A stretch of DNA of 63,399 nt, filler included, from Octopus bimaculoides (Eukaryota): assembly GCF_001194135.2 (NCBI RefSeq). It is 6 parts of 6 records of this genome, joined end to end, with 100 filler letters (N's around TTAATTAATTAA, not from the genome) between each part and the next. Parts side by side here need not be neighbours in the genome. Positions count along the whole stretch, not along the records: positions 61,593 to 63,399 come from NC_068996.1; 5 more parts are not named here. One strand, 5' to 3'. Positions 62,467 through 63,399 of the stretch are shown here, piece after piece. Numbering within the stretch: the stretch's first letter is position 1; every line of letters starts with the position of its first letter. The notes beneath the pieces are model-generated. The model did no database searches. It was not told the DNA's origin and saw nothing but the letters and a program-made list of their open reading frames with translations. The position numbers and the translations under genes are program-made.

Positions 62467-63399
62467 ATTTTTATGTTTTTGATTTATTATTAGTGTTGCT
62501 TAATACGTTTTGCTAATATTGTCGTTTCTATTCAGATATCATCAGAAAAAGGTAATTAAAATTCATTAAAATGACAACTCCATCGAACTTTCAAAGAGGT
62601 CAAATTGTTGGTGGTCGTATGGCAGAGGCTGGCGTAACGAAAACAGTCGAAATGTTTGGTGTATTAAGAAGTACTGCTTAGAAAAAGTAACGACAGCCTT
62701 TGAGGAAGAGAGAAAAACCTCCTCGTTGAAACAAAACTCCGGAAGAAAAACAAAACTTTCAGATAGGGACCGTCGGACTCTTACGCGAACTGTTAGCAAG
62801 GATCACAAAAGTACAGCTCCCAAAATTACTGAAGGGCTTAATGGTCACCTCGAGAACCCAGTTTCCATAAAATATGTGCCAGGAGCTGCACAAAGACGGA
62901 TTTACCGGAAGTGCTGCAATCAGAGAACCACTACTTTCAAAAACAAACGTTGCAAAGCGTTTAGAGTGGAACAAAAACCAACAGAATTGGTCCCTAGAGC
63001 AGTGGAAGAATATTATTTTCTCGGACGAGTCATCCTTTACCTTGTTTCCGACCACCGGCCGAGTATACATGTGGAGGTATCCCAAAGAAGCATTTAATCC
63101 AAACTGCCTTCTTCCAACTGTTAAACATGGAGGAGGATTTGTGATGATCTTGGGGTGGGACTATATCTTAGAAATCCGCCGGCCCAATGGTTTCCTTTCG
63201 TGGCTGAATTAATAGCTAAGACTATTTAAGCATTTTATCTGATCAAATTCATCCTATGGTTGCAAAACTGTTTTCGGAGGGAAACGCACTCTTTCAGGTT
63301 GATAATGCACCAATTCACACAGTTGAACATCTTATCAGTTGAACATCTTATCAGTTGAACATCTTATCAGTTGAACATCTTATCTGGCCACCACAGTCC
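62467..63399 (+). mobile_element. Tc1-like transposon, frameshifted transposase pseudogene, running off the window end
   Basis: ATG at 62571: MTTPSNFQRGQIVGGRMA.., SGRKTKLSDRDRR, IIFSDESSF (first Asp), TVKHGGG, DNAPIHT (second Asp); several frameshifts and stops. Confidence 0.93.

Overview
Eukaryotic (animal), AT-rich, repeat-saturated, apparently intergenic or intronic DNA from a fragmented short-read assembly. About 4.4 kb is N, spread over ~21 gaps; five gaps carry an artificial TTAATTAATTAA six-frame-stop linker. The repeat families and the very high microsatellite load look like a cephalopod (Octopus-type) genome; this is inference from recalled repeat content, not a search. I found no host protein-coding exon I can support, and no rRNA, tRNA gene or CRISPR array. 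Most ORFs in the supplied track are microsatellite or N artefacts. Supportable content: (1) at least four tRNA-headed SINE families, here called A-D, in ~35 copies, some with clear TSDs, nesting and head-to-tail arrays; (2) a non-coding element, family E, inserted in (TAA)n; (3) decayed LINE pieces (RLE-type, RTE, and CR1/L2/Jockey-group); (4) mariner, Tc1 and pogo-like transposase relics plus a 456-bp foldback MITE; (5) a Penelope-like element (PLE) toolkit. The PLE set comprises an uninterrupted GIY-YIG endonuclease ORF (13651-14046, minus), a frameshifted PLE RT piece (19284-19547), two minimal type-I hammerhead ribozyme motifs (49735-49780, near-canonical; 47020-47055, variant core), and a GC-rich, densely self-complementary module (13150-13320) with two hammerhead-core signature pairs in a non-canonical layout. 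The hammerhead/PLE set is the best candidate for something interesting. Hammerheads in PLEs are known in general, so novelty would lie in the variant core and the unusual 13.2-kb module.
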